A DNA stretch of 64,000 nt, from NCBI RefSeq assembly GCF_002113885.1, contig NW_018408902.1, positions 1,416,820-1,480,819 on the forward strand, read 5' to 3'. Position 1 is the first letter of the stretch; the number at the start of each line of letters is the position of its first letter. Source of the stretch: Mizuhopecten yessoensis (taxonomy: Eukaryota). The notes beneath the pieces were generated by a model, which did not search any database, was not told the DNA's origin, and worked only from the letters and a program-made list of their open reading frames with translations. Both the position numbers and the translations under genes were made by a program. Positions 13,124-26,259 of this stretch are shown here, piece by piece.

Positions 13124-13560
13124 ATAAAGATATTGGTGCTCCTTGCTGGGGAGCCATCAATAAAGATATTGGTGCTCATTGCTGGGGAGCCATCAATAAA
13201 GATATTAGTGTTCCTTGCTGGGGAGCCATCAATAAAGATATTGGTGCTCCTTGCTGGGGAGCCATCAATAAAGATATTGGTGATCCTTGCTAGGGAGCCA
13301 TCAATAAAGATATTGGTGCTCATTGCTTGGGAGCCATCAATAAAGAAAGATATTGGTGCTCCTTGCTGGGGAGCCATCAATAAAGATATTGGTGATCCTT
13401 GCTAGGGAGCCATCAATAAAGATATTGGTGCTCATTGATTGGGAGCCATCAATAAAGATATTGGTGCTCCTTGCTGGGGAGCCATCAATAAAGATAATGG
13501 TGCTCCTTGCTGGGGAGCCATCAATAAAGATATTGGTGCTCCTTGCTGGGGAGCCATCAA
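13124..13560. repeat. 36-bp minisatellite, ~12 copies, almost all carrying AATAAA
   Basis: Unit gatattggtgctccttgctggggagccatcaataaa. Confidence 0.95.
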
Positions 13561-13639
13561 CAACAACAGTAGAGGTAAACATTCCCACATATTGGCAGCA
13601 GGATGAGAGAAGATGACATGTATTATCAAAGAAGGGTGA

Positions 13640-14455
13640 GGCGCTACAGCAAATACGGTACTGTAAATATACACATATAAAAAGTTAAGGCACTACAGCA
13701 AATACGGTACCGTTAATATAATACAAAAAGTCTGTGCACTACAGCAAGTACGGTACTGTAAAAATACTTTACAAAAAGTTAAGACACTACAGCAAATAGG
13801 GTACGGTAAATATATGCATACAAACAGTTAAGGCACTACAGCAAATACAGTACCGTACTGTAAATAGAATATAAAAAGTTCAGACACTACAGCAAAAACA
13901 GTACCGTAAATATACACATACAAAAAGTTAAGGCACTACAGCAAATACAGTACCGTACTGTAAATAGAATATAAAAAGTTCAGACACTACAGCAAAAACA
14001 GTACCGTAAATATACACATACAAAAAGTTAAGGCACTACAGCAAATACGGTACCGTTAATATACACATACAAAAAGTCTGTGCACTGCAGCAAGTACGGT
14101 ACTGTAAAAATACTTTACAAAAAGTTAAGACACTACAGCAAATACGGTTCGGTAAATATACACATACAAACAGTTAAGACACTACAGCAAATACAGTACC
14201 GTACCGTAAATAGAATATAAAAAGTTCAGACACTACAGCAAATACGGTACTGTAAATATATGCATACAAAAAATTAAGGCACTACAGCAAATATGGTACC
14301 GTAAATAGAATATAAAAAGTTCAGGCGCTACAGCAAATATGGTACTATAAATATATGCATACAAAAAGTTTAGGCGCTACAGCAAATCTGTAAATATATA
14401 CACATTCAAAAAGTTATGGCGATAAAGCAAATACAGTACCGTAAATATACACAAA
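13640..14455. repeat. ~49-bp minisatellite, ~16 copies
   Basis: Unit approximately aaaaagttaaggcactacagcaaatacggtaccgtaaatatacacatac; contains the palindrome tacggtaccgta. Confidence 0.9.
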
Positions 14456-15156
14456 CCAAGGTTAAATGTTTGTGAACTATTTTAGCAGGTGCTTTATATA
14501 AGTAGTACTAGTTAATTTATTACATGTTGATTTTGCCTGAATTTTGAAAGATAATTATTACGCAAATATTGTGGTTTTGAGGAATATAGTTTGACTTTCT
14601 CTTCCAAGCTGATCTACATTTTGAGGCGGCAAAAGAGGAAGTTTTTGTATTTTTTTAACGCTGTGAGATGTACATGGGAGTGTATTATACGTGTGTATAT
14701 ATCTGAAGGAACCAGTTATTTATAGTGTGCTGAACATTCATGTGATTGTATGTCATCATGAAATTTTATCTGTGGCAATTGTTCTTGATATTGCCGTAAA
14801 TCTATTTCATACCCAATTTGTCAATCATTTCGATACTTTAGATATGTAAATTTTTGTATTGGAAAGGAAATTTGTTAATTGTTTTCAGGTTTTCCAACCT
14901 TCATTATGTTATCCAAGTTTTTGTTTCCATTTTCACTATCTCTTTCATTTTAAAACTCCTGAAGACCAATATCTTGTACACTTGCCATTCAGAATGTTAT
15001 AATTTTTTATTTAATAAGTTGTTTCATTGCGATATTTTCCCTGTTTTTTTGTGTTTTATTTTCAATGAACTAGGCAATCATGACTCTCGTCGGCAATCTA
15101 GTCACCGCAGTATAACGAGCATTATTTGTACATATACTTCTAACTTGTCTCATTAA

Positions 15157-15240
15157 CTCATTCACCCCTGAAGATGCATTTGAACTCTTCCAATTCAAAG
15201 GTTGGACTAGTTAATTATGAAATTTCAGGGGGTGAATGAG
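15157..15240. mobile_element. piggyBac-like MITE (84 bp)
   Basis: TTAA on both sides (15153-56, 15241-44); TIRs ctcattcacccctgaa / ttcagggggtgaatgag. Confidence 0.8.
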
Positions 15241-17959
15241 TTAACCCGGCCTGTCCTTTTGGAAGCTACAGTGTATACTTGTTTAATTTTTCTCCATTCA
15301 AATGTATCTGCAATTCTTCTTGTGTAATAAGTTAAGGGCATCTCTGCAATACAAAATAATTTCACTATTTCAAATTCTTATGTCTAAATCAAAGAGTTCT
15401 TTTCTATTGAAAAATAAATGTTTTGATGATTAAGGTAATTCAGTTATAGTTTATTTTAAAATAATGTAAGTATTCAATTTTTGTTGCAAACATGTTGTAG
15501 TTAAGTTGTTGAATTATTGAATTCAAATATTTGAATATCAATAAAAATAGATAAATAAAAAAACAAATAGATGAATATTCTTGTATGTTGTACTGTTAAG
15601 GTTTCATAGAAATATATTTCAGATTGTTAAAAACACCAGTAAGTAAAATCAAATGAAATTGACCAACGAAGCAAACATGTGTTTTGACTGTGTGATTTTG
15701 CCTGTTGTAAGTTATAAACATTTTATTATTACCTTTTGTCTAAGGTGCTCCGTTACATAGAAATCTGTATTAGGCATTTCTGCTGGAAATGATAGCAGAT
15801 CGGACTTCATCAAGAATAACCATCTCACGACTTGAAAAAAAGTTAATACTATTACACATACTTTCACGATTATCATCCTTAAAGATTTTGAAAACTGTAA
15901 TCTCAGCCCCATCATCTGTCACATGACCATCCGACTAACTGATCTGTTATATACATAAGCCACAGTGTCAAGTCTAGCCAGGTTCCATTATGTTCACAAA
16001 CTGCAGACTTCAGTTTGGAAATAATGGAATAGTGGACAGAGTTGAAGGCATGACATTGAGCATGCACTCATTGTAAAAACAATATTTTAATAGTTATATT
16101 TTTATGCTTTTGTATGGAATATCATGACAGATTTTGTCTAAAGATAGATTTCTGTGTGCATGCATATGATTGGCTGGTGGTATCTGCATGTTCACGAGTT
16201 CTGGGGTGGTTTTCAATATAAGATAGTTCATGTGTGTATTTCTGGTCAGTCTTTTTGTACAAATGTTTAGTTGATGAATTAATTGCACGCATACAAGCAT
16301 ATCAATGATTGAAATTATTTATCATAGCTATTTTTGTGCAAGATTGCTGCTTCACAACTCAACTTTCATATATAAGGTAACATTAGACTTGTCTGGTGTC
16401 CTGTCCATAGAGTCAGTGTATAGTCTCCAGTCCTGTTATATAGGTAGGTTGTAGATAAACGGTTTATTATTTCTAATAACTAATCTATTGTCAACATTCA
16501 TGAATTTTCATTTCCTTAATCATATAAAATTTATGAAATTAGTTTGTATTTATTTCAGTAAGTCTGCAGCAAATTGTAGTGAAAATTTTCAAGTATTATG
16601 ATTCTAATTTTTAGTAATATAAAATGATAAATAAAATGAAAATTCTGATCACATCTCTAAAAATAATGCTGACATAATTGGAAAGAGTGAACACAAAAAA
16701 TATAAAAACCAAGGACAATTGTACTTAAGCAACACAGGCCCACTGGGTCTCATGTTTCAAAATAAGTAAATAAGTTTCAAAAAGTGCAACTTTTCACCAG
16801 TATTTCATATAAACATATCATGTCTAAAATGATTAATTTTCAATAAAAATCAATTTCATCAATTTAACAAGTGAAAGATTCTTGAAAGGAAACTGTTAGA
16901 GGAAATTTGTACTGATTGTCACCGTTGAAAATGTTTTACCTATATTAGCAAGCTGTTAAGGGGTCATGTTTACAAACATAGCACATTCTGGACAGGAGAT
17001 CAGACAAACCAAACACTGTATTTCCATAGGTTCATCTCATCGTCATCCTCACTTTCTTTATCATGTTATTATTCTTTTTTTTTTTTAAATAAAAAATAAT
17101 AATGGTAAAATATATTTTGTGTGTTGATTTTTTGTACTCTCTCCAAAAACTGAGTGTAATTTTATCTCCCTGTCCGTTCGTCTATCTGGTTGCCTGTTTA
17201 TAAAACATTGTGCTGCAACAACAAGAATCACAGTTTTTAAGCAAATCTCAAAAGATTTGTTTTTGATGAGAATCATGTGAAGATATGCATATCACAAATT
17301 AAGCTGAAAAGCTGGAATTGTCTTGTTGAAATGATTATATCAATGGCATTTTGAAAATGAAATTATGTGTAAAGGGAGGCGACTCCTACAAGAGATCCAA
17401 TTAATAGGAAACAAATTTTGTCATATTCCTAGACATTTTAGTAGAATTTGTATATAGAGGATATTACTTCTTACATTCGTGTTCTTGTCATATTGAATTT
17501 ATTAGACGAGTTCAATAATTTTATATGACACGAGCCTGCCCTTAGGAACACAAATCTAAGATTCTATTTATTACATAACATTTCTAATTTGAAAGAAAAC
17601 TTCAAACACAATTAGGCTATGTGTTATCTGCTGACTCTATAAAGGTAAAAACCAAAGTTCTCCGATCATAGTATTGTCATTCAGCGCAGTGTAAGGTATT
17701 CCCAGATTTTTGGCCCACTATCAGATGATGGTGGGCTATTCAAATCACCTGCGTCCGTGGTCCGTGCGTCTGTCGTCCGTCCGTCCTTTATCGGTATTTC
17801 TAAAGAAGTACCAGAGGGACCTTTCTAAAATTTTATATGTAGGTTCCCCTTGTTCCCTTGTTGTGCACTGCAGTGCCTGAAATGGACGGTCGCCTGCTTG
17901 CCAATGGCGGTTAAAGTCTTGCTCGAGCGATCAAAAGTTGTCAAAAGTGAGGTAGTCAC

Positions 17960-20490
17960 TGGCCAAACAAAACTAGTTTGGGCGACTGTCAAAAATTTAA
18001 TGAATAAAAGAAATTTTTCGTTGTGCATGAACCGCAAGAACCAAAAGAAATGATCATGAGGACTTCTTGTACTACAATGCCTGTAAGTAACTCTTTTATA
18101 GACAAGGATACTTATGTGCTTGACATCAAGACATTGACTAACACGCCTGAAACCTTTCGGGGTGGGAATATCTCACAGTTCCTCCATCACTGGGAGGTTA
18201 TTAATCTGACAGTTGGTTACTGACTCAGATACAAGGTTATCATATTGCGTTTGCCAATATTCCTGTTCAAATGACACTCCCACACTAAATACATTTTTCA
18301 GCAGTGGAACAGGACTTTATTTATAATGAAATAAATAAACTTCTGTCCAAACTTGTTATAGAAGTAGCTTAAGGGGTGAAGTGAATGAATACATTTCAAC
18401 CATATTCCTCAGACCTAAGAAAGATGGAACATACAGATTAATACTTAATTCAAAAACAAAAAGAACAATGATGTGGAACATGTGCATTTCAAAATTGAAA
18501 CACTTAAAACAGGCATACATTTGATGACAAGACACTGTTGGTTTGCTTCCATTGTTTTTAAAGATGCCTACTATTCTGTGCCGGTTACTTGTAAAGATAG
18601 AACATATCTTCGGTTTTTCTGGGGAGGTGTGTGTTATCAGTTCACCTGCCTTCCAAATGGGTTGTCCTCTGCTCCACGAGTGTTTACCAAGATCATGAAA
18701 CCAGTGTTTTCTCATTTACGGAAAATGGGTCATGCTAATGTAGCATATATTGATGACAGTCTACTACAAGCAGATTCTTATGACCAAAGTGTGGCTAACA
18801 TAGAAGATACAGTCTACACTATGGACTCATTAGGTCTTACTCTTCACCCAGTAAAGTCTCTACTTAGACCACAGGGTGTATAACGTTACTCGGCCTCCGA
18901 AACCATGACAGTAAAGTTTAACAAGTGAGAAAGCTGCCAATGTAGTATATGTGTGTAAAGAACTTCTCAAAACAAAATTAACGACCATAAGACACCTACC
19001 ACAAGTCACTGGGGAAATGGTTGCTTGTGCTCCTGCAGTACCACCTGTCCCCTTATATCATAAAACATTGGAGCATGAAAAAGACAATGCCCTTAAGGAA
19101 ACTAAAGGTGATTTAATTAATCTGTTAGCATTTCACTCCCATCAGTGATCCTGTCCAACAGGTTACAGCTGTTACAATTGCGAAACAACCCAGCCACACA
19201 TCACCCACTTCGGAAACTGCGTCTGATAGCCTGCAGGTTATCAGGGAATGCCTCCAACGTCAAGGAGTTTCGTCGAAAGTTACAAACATCATTCTCGCAT
19301 CATGGAGGACATCAACACAGAGACAATATGGGGTGCATATCCGCAAATGGTTGTCGTTTTGCGAGCAAGGGACAGTGGATCCACTTCAACCACCTGTAAC
19401 AGATTTGTTAGAATTTATGTCCAACATGTTTCACAAAGGGCTAGGCTACAGTAGTGTAAATACAGCTAAATCGTGTATCAATTCATTCTTAAAATTGACT
19501 GGTTATACTTCTTTGATAGACATATATACTCGTTAAAAGATTTATGAAAGGGATATTTCATGCTCGTCCACTACTTTGAGTGTTTCATAAGTTTTACAAT
19601 ATATACAAACCCTTCCACATGTACACACTATTTCACTTAGATTTTTATCACTTAAATTAGTTATGCTTCTAGCATTATTGACAGGTCAAAGGTGCCAGAC
19701 TCTCCATTTGTTAGACATTCGTAATATTACTGTGATACAGTCCCCAAGTAAGAATCGTTATTGGTGACCTTTTAAAACAGCCCAAACCAGGTCGGCACTT
19801 GTCGCCAATATAGTTGTATGCTTTCCCAACTGACTCATCTTTATGTGTTGTGAAAGTGTGAAAAGAGTACCTTGAGAGGACTTAAGTTCTACGCAAGGAA
19901 GAGACACAATTGTTCATCACTACGATGCCACCTATTAACAAAGTTTCTAAACAAACTATTACAAACTGGATTAAGATTGTGTTAAAGAAATGTGGCATAG
20001 ACACATCAAGGTTCAAACCAAATAGCACAAGGAGTGCATCTATGACAGCAGCTAAAGCTGCAAATGTGCCCATCTCTACCATCCTACAGACTGCAGGCTG
20101 GAGCAAAGAATGTACTTTTCGAAAGTTCTACTGCATTCCTTCTTCCCACATTCAGTCTACTGTGACAGAGATTATAGACACTCGACTTCTGGAGCAATTT
20201 ATGCTGCTTCGTCACAAACGTTCAATTAAACATTGAAACATTATGTTTACAGAAAATTTCATTAGATTTGTTTGTGTATATAATGTAAAAAAATGTTGAG
20301 ACCTTGTCATAAAAGGTAAAATATGTAAAATTGTTTGTTTTTCATTTATATATGAAACATGAATGCATCAACTCTAAAAACTGTATGTGTCCCTCAGTAA
20401 GTTGATTTTACCGAATTGGACAATTAAACTAGTTTTCCACTGGAAGACGAAGTTTGATTGAATTTCTGTAAAATCCACATCTACTGAGGA
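17960..20490 (+). mobile_element. Decayed DIRS-type tyrosine-recombinase retrotransposon (RT, C-terminus of pol, overlapping YR integrase)
   Basis: RT motifs FKDAY, YQFTCLPNGLSSAPRVFTK and YIDD (18473-18883). The pol C-terminus HPLRKLRLIACRLSG overlaps the YR ORF start. YR motifs LLTGQRCQTL, STRSAS...AGWSKECTFRKFY. Many stops and frameshifts; boundaries approximate. Confidence 0.88.
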
Positions 20491-20829
20491 AAAAATAAAA
20501 ATAAAAGTAAAAGCTGCAGTGACATAGGAATATGTTCACACGGTTTTGACCAATCACAGCACCTTTAGGTTTAATTACACGTGTGTATTACCATATTTAT
20601 GACATGGCCGTATGACTTTATAAAATGGGTCAGTTATGTGATAAATAATCTTTCCTGAGTTATAAAGAAACTGTTTCGGTACAATTTCAATATTTTTAAA
20701 ATGTTTGTTACAAGAATGCATCAGTACGTGGCTGTGCAGAATTTGGTGTTATAACAAAGTAGTCTGAATTGTTTTGAAACATTAAAACTACGAGAAAGAG
20801 CTGACATTCATGTGGGACCTTCCTTGTAA

Positions 20830-21330
20830 CCACAGTATGTGATCTAATGCACCAGTACGACATTGGAGAACAGATTGATATTGTAATGCCAGACTTGACG
20901 AAAACCTTCGATACGGTTCCCCGTATCAGACTGCTGCATAAGGTGGGCAGGTATGGAGCGGAAGGTTCTTTGAACGACCGGCTGAGGGACTTCCAAACAA
21001 ACAGGAGCATGCAGGTGGTAGTTGATGGCGAAGAGTCGGAGTCCATGATTTATCTGGTGTCCCGCAAGTTACCATACTGGGGCATGTACTTTTTCCTGTT
21101 TAAGATAACTGTCTTACCAGACTCGGACCAGTTCAATTTAATGTGTGCATGAATATAAGAAGCATGGCCGACCATGGAATGGGAAAGTGGGCTGCTATCT
21201 GGGCTATGGGGTTTAACACAAAAACGTGCGCCATTATGAGAGTCTAAATTGTAAATCTCAACACTTCTACCATCTCGATAATTATATCCTCCAGCAGGTT
21301 GAAGAAACTGCGTACTTCGACATCACGATA
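20830..21330 (+). mobile_element. LINE reverse transcriptase fragment (CR1-group-like), decayed
   Basis: QIDIVMPDLTKTFDTVP..RLLHKVGRYG...LRDFQTNRSMQVVVDGEES resembles the DFSKAFD region. Confidence 0.75.
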
Positions 21331-22734
21331 TCTGAGATCTGAGAACCTTAAGGTATTATATATAGGCTCATGTCAGTGAGTAAAATGTATAATGTGCTCA
21401 AAATGTTTCCTAAAAAAAAAAGGATGGAACATTTTTTTTTTTTTTTTTATTAAAAACAATGTAAGCTATGACAATTGAAGAAACCGTTGACATATCACAG
21501 CTAATCATGAGGCTAACAAAGTTGAGTGCACGAGTCAAACCAGCTGTCAATTTTGAGTAAAAGTAAAACACATACATGTACATTGCTTTTATTATGCTTT
21601 GCGTGTTGTTTTTTTTATTTAAAAACCGTCAACCTTATTGGCTTTGTGACTAGTTGTGATATATTTAATTGAAATGCATGTAATCATTTTGGACATTTGA
21701 AACATTTTCTAAACGTTTTCAAGTTTCGCGATAATATTGATAGATAGCTACTTTATTGTGTACATGTACAAAATTGTATATTTGGCGTTTTCAGCCTTTT
21801 CTTAAGACGAAACCCCATACTTCTTGGTGTCAATGGAAATGAAATTAAGCCATTAAGTGTTTGGTGAGCATATACGCGTTTGACACTATAAACAGACGTG
21901 CTTACTATAAGCAATGAACAAAAACAACACTAGTGGTTGCAACGTTCATTTGATGGTAAACCACGTACAAATTGTACTTCTTTTTAATTTGGGAAAGAAA
22001 ATACGACCTTCAGATAATGTTTAAGTTCATATTAGTCGGTGCCTTGAAACCTACGGTATATCTTTTTCAAGCATTAAAAGTTTTCGTACAAGAAAAAAGC
22101 GATACGCATCTTTGGCGTTCTCTACCTTTTCTTGAGAGAAAAATCCCGTTATTTTGTCCGGTATCATGGGGAAGGGAATTTAACCGCTTTCAGAAAATTT
22201 TTGGTGTGAAGATCTCTGAGCTATAACACAACGTAATATTCACATACGGAACGTCAAATATAGGTTGTTGCTATAAATACACAACAAAACATCAACAACA
22301 GCTGTACTCTTCATTTTTACGGGAAAACTCTTACTCAATGGAAACGGATTTTTATTTTTCTTAGGAAAATAATGCTGGCATAATTCTTAGCTATGGCACA
22401 TCGGTTGCACCATTTTGAAATATTGCTCTTTTTCTGTAAAAATCACCCCAATCCACGCCTATAAATTTAATACCGCATCAGAACCTTGTGAATCACCACA
22501 TGTATGCAATCTTTCTTATGAAGATACTATACCCAATATATATCCAAATGTTCTCCATTTTTCTTTCTCTTTGCTTCCTCTACCTTCCATCATCTATTGC
22601 ATTGTCAACCCCCTTGTCCCTTACCTTTTCCATATTCACATCCAGTCATCCCCAACTGCTCTGTATTCGACTGTCCGTATATGGAAGCCCTCCTCTCGCC
22701 CCTAAAATCTGATCTATACCCTCCCTAGTAGGTA

Positions 22735-24790
22735 ATGATGTTGGTGCGTGGAGGGCTGCCATAGGCTGTTTTCACTGTAAAGTTGCATCCATTTTGTATA
22801 CATTTTGTAAAGTTGTAACCTACACTTTATATTGTTTTATGATTATACCCTACTGATTTTCTCAATATTTGTGAAGTCAATGTCATATGTTGGTTATTCA
22901 CGATATATTTGTTCTTTCTTCAATCTTATATCAATAATGTCAACATATTCTTTCCAATGATACTCAAACTGCTTCTGACATCAGGAGATATCCTTTCCAA
23001 CCCTGGTCCAAACTCTAGTGACATGACGGCTACCTATTCATTGAATCTTATGCATCTAAACATGAGAAGTATACGAAACAAAACAAGCTATATTGAAGCA
23101 TTAACCGACGATGTCGACATTCTTCATATTATTTAAAACTCATTTGGATCCATCTTCATGTATTACTAATGAAGAAATTAAGCTACAAGGCTTAAGTGAT
23201 AAACCGATTCTAAAAGACAGGCATATGTTCGGAGGGGGTGTATTGTTATATTATTCTTCATCTCTCGCAGGTAAAAGAAAACCTGAGCTAGAATTTGCTT
23301 ATGAATAAATAATACTACACATATAATAGGTAATCTATACAGACCATCTAATCTAAACTAATCAGACGGTACATGGCACAAATACATTCCCTCGACCTGG
23401 CATTCAACATTACAGATAATGTTATCTTGATACAGGCGATCTAAATGTTGACTTTTCAAAAACCTTCAGAAACGAATTATTCAACTTACTCACTTCGAAC
23501 TAGATGTCAAATATTACGACCGAACCTACCAGAATAACAGACCATTCAGCAACGTTATAAGATCCATTAATTGTAAGTAACACGATAAACGCTTTTTCAC
23601 TGAAGTAATTGATATAGATCAAAATATATGTGACCATAATTCTTTTTTCTTTTACAATAATTGAGGTATCAAAACAAACTCAAACAGTTTTCAAATGAAA
23701 GGTATGGCTATATGACAAAACCGACATCGAAAAGCTAAAACGTTTATCACAAATATATCATGGGAAAAACAAATAAAACGTTTAATGACGTTAATTATTA
23801 GCTCACCTGGTCATGATATTAGAATTGATCCCAGGGTCTGCCCCACCTTTGCAGCCTTAACCCCTGGGTCATAACTTTGAAACGGTTGTTATCCCCACCC
23901 CAAAACTATAAACACAAATGCTTGGCAAAAAGAGACGAATGCAGTCATGATATTATAATTGATCCTCGGGTCTGGCCACAACCTATGGACCTAGTTTCCG
24001 AGTCACAGCTTGGAAACAGTTGAGATCCCCACCCCATAACCATACATAAAATTGCTGAGCATGAAAACTCTAATACAGATATGCTACAAGGATTGGCCTT
24101 GGGGTCTGTCATATTCCATTGGATCTCATTTGGAGAATATTTTGCCATGATTGCTTAGATATCCAGGTGAGCGATACTGGCCCTCTAGGCCTCTTGTTTA
24201 ATGACATGTGTGATTTCCTGACAACCACTGTACTTAATGCTGTATATGTGTGCAAACCATCTAAAAATAACATTGTCCGAAGACAAATACGAACTAGAGA
24301 CTAGAGACTGATATGTAATAATAATGAATCTAATGAAATATAATCAATCAAAAAATTGAAAAATGAAAATATGATAAAACGTGCAAAAGAACTTTTCCTC
24401 GAAAACATCGACTCTATAGTAATAATAATAATAAAGTGGAAAAATATATGGCAACACTACGGAAAATGAAATGGATACTCAGCTGAAATACCATTGACAA
24501 ATTATATTTAATGTTCATTCGACCCTTGTTAGAGTATGCATGTGAAGTGTGGGACAATTGGGGAGAAACAAATTCATCAAATCTTAAATAAATATCCAGA
24601 TGGATGCTGCACGAATTGTTACAGGACTACCCGTGAACACAAAAATCGAACATATGTATAATGAAATTGACTGGGATCTTCTTAGTACTAGAAGGAAACA
24701 AAGGAAATTATGCATATTCTTCACAATAAAAAACGGTACAGCTCCAAATTATTGTGTGATACCATACCAGAAAGGCTGAAGGCTCAATTC
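22735..24790 (+). mobile_element. CR1-group LINE ORF2 remnant (2A-like peptide, APE endonuclease, 3' fragment), internally deleted
   Basis: LLLTSGDILSNPGP, HLNMRSIRNK, KDR..GGGV, YRPS, GDLN, EPTRIT; later IRPLLEYACEVWD and AARIVTGLP. Confidence 0.8.
23795..24198 (+). mobile_element. Non-autonomous Helentron/HINE-like insertion within the LINE
   Basis: Subterminal inverted repeat gctcacctgg (23801) / ccaggtgagc (24163), 3' hairpin ggccctctaggcc, T-rich insertion site. LINE-like coding sequence resumes afterwards. Confidence 0.65.
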
Positions 24791-24894
24791 ACTTAAAAAA
24801 AAACATGAATAAAAAAGGAAAAGATGCATCATCAATGTTTATAATTTGATGAAATATAACGTTCGCACTTTTTAAATAATAGCCTTACTACTGT

Positions 24895-25190
24895 TTATTT
24901 CCATTGTTTTTGAAACTTACACTCGGAAAGTGACATATTAAAAATTATCGGAAGGGGTACACAAACAGTTTTAGTAGTACTTTGTAGCATTTCTTGTGTA
25001 ATATTATCATTTTCGGGTGCTTTATTGGACTTGAAGGTTAAAAGAATATCCTTTACTTCACTTTGAGAAAAACAATATTGTGTCAATAGTATTCTGACAT
25101 CTAGATGGAAAGTCTGGAGTACCAGGTGTTAATTAGTAATGTTGGATAAAGAACAAAAAAGAATTATCGCCAATATGATTTTGAGTCATT
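24895..25190 (-). mobile_element. CR1-group LINE RT N-terminal fragment
   Basis: EVKDILLTFKSNKAPENDNIT..MLQST...VCVPLPIIFNMSL...QWK. Confidence 0.7.
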
Positions 25191-26259
25191 TAAATTAAGA
25201 TTGTCAATCTAACCATTTATATATTATATATTCTGGGCTTTTATTTTTCATTTGAGTTTGTAAGTACGTATATACCGTACCATTTTCAGTCGGGTGTCAG
25301 TTTGTAAATATTTTTTCAGTGCTATTTTCAGCGTATTGCATGCAATCAATTACGTTTGCCATGTATTTTTTTCAGTTCTAGCTCCAGTATATAATCACGC
25401 ATACCGTGTTAGTGTCAATCGATTGTCAGAATATACATGTGTATACCGTGATATTTTCAGTCGAGTGTCAGTATGTAAATATGTTATATGTAAATATATA
25501 TGTGTTATTTTCAATCGATCATATTTTATCTATAACAGGATTTGCTCAGTTATAGTTCCAGTATGTACTTATGTATGTCGTTTCAGTTTCAGTCTATTGT
25601 TGGTATACAAGCATGTTTACCGTTATTTTCATTCAAGTGTCGTTATTTAGTTATGCATACAGCGTTTCTTTCGTTAAGTGTAGGTACATTGTTACATATA
25701 CCGCGTTATTCTCTATAGAGTATCCGTATAGTGTTATTAATATATTAAGTATTACGCTCTTCTTCAATTTTCGTATGAGCGAACTATGCGGTTCTCATAA
25801 AGCTCATGTCTTTAGAACGATTTAACACAATACCACATACACATTTTATGACATGTACTTTGTTTTTGTAAAAACTGATACATGTATATACTATGTAAGT
25901 AAATACTTCAATAGGTTTAGCTCTTATTGTATTGGCAATTTGTATATAAATTAGCTACAAAACAAGAGAAATTAAACGAATAACTATATATATAGATACG
26001 CCTCAGCTTGATATTATTTTAACAACATAAATACAATATATTAGAACAATCCACATAACATTGTATAGGCCATGTACACTAGGTAGTCATATTATATAAA
26101 TCTAGAAGACTTTCTCCTTCTTTATTCATGAATTTGAATATTTTTGTATATACTTAATTTATGTTGACTTTTCATATTTGTTTTGTTTTGTTCTTTACAA
26201 ATTTATTGAATGTACCCAAACATGTCTTAAAATAATGTATGTGTTGGTAGTCGTAAACA

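Noticed and set aside
13055-13674. Repetitive ORFs in several frames
   Set aside because: A 36-bp unit leaves frames open on both strands; there is no splice or domain support.
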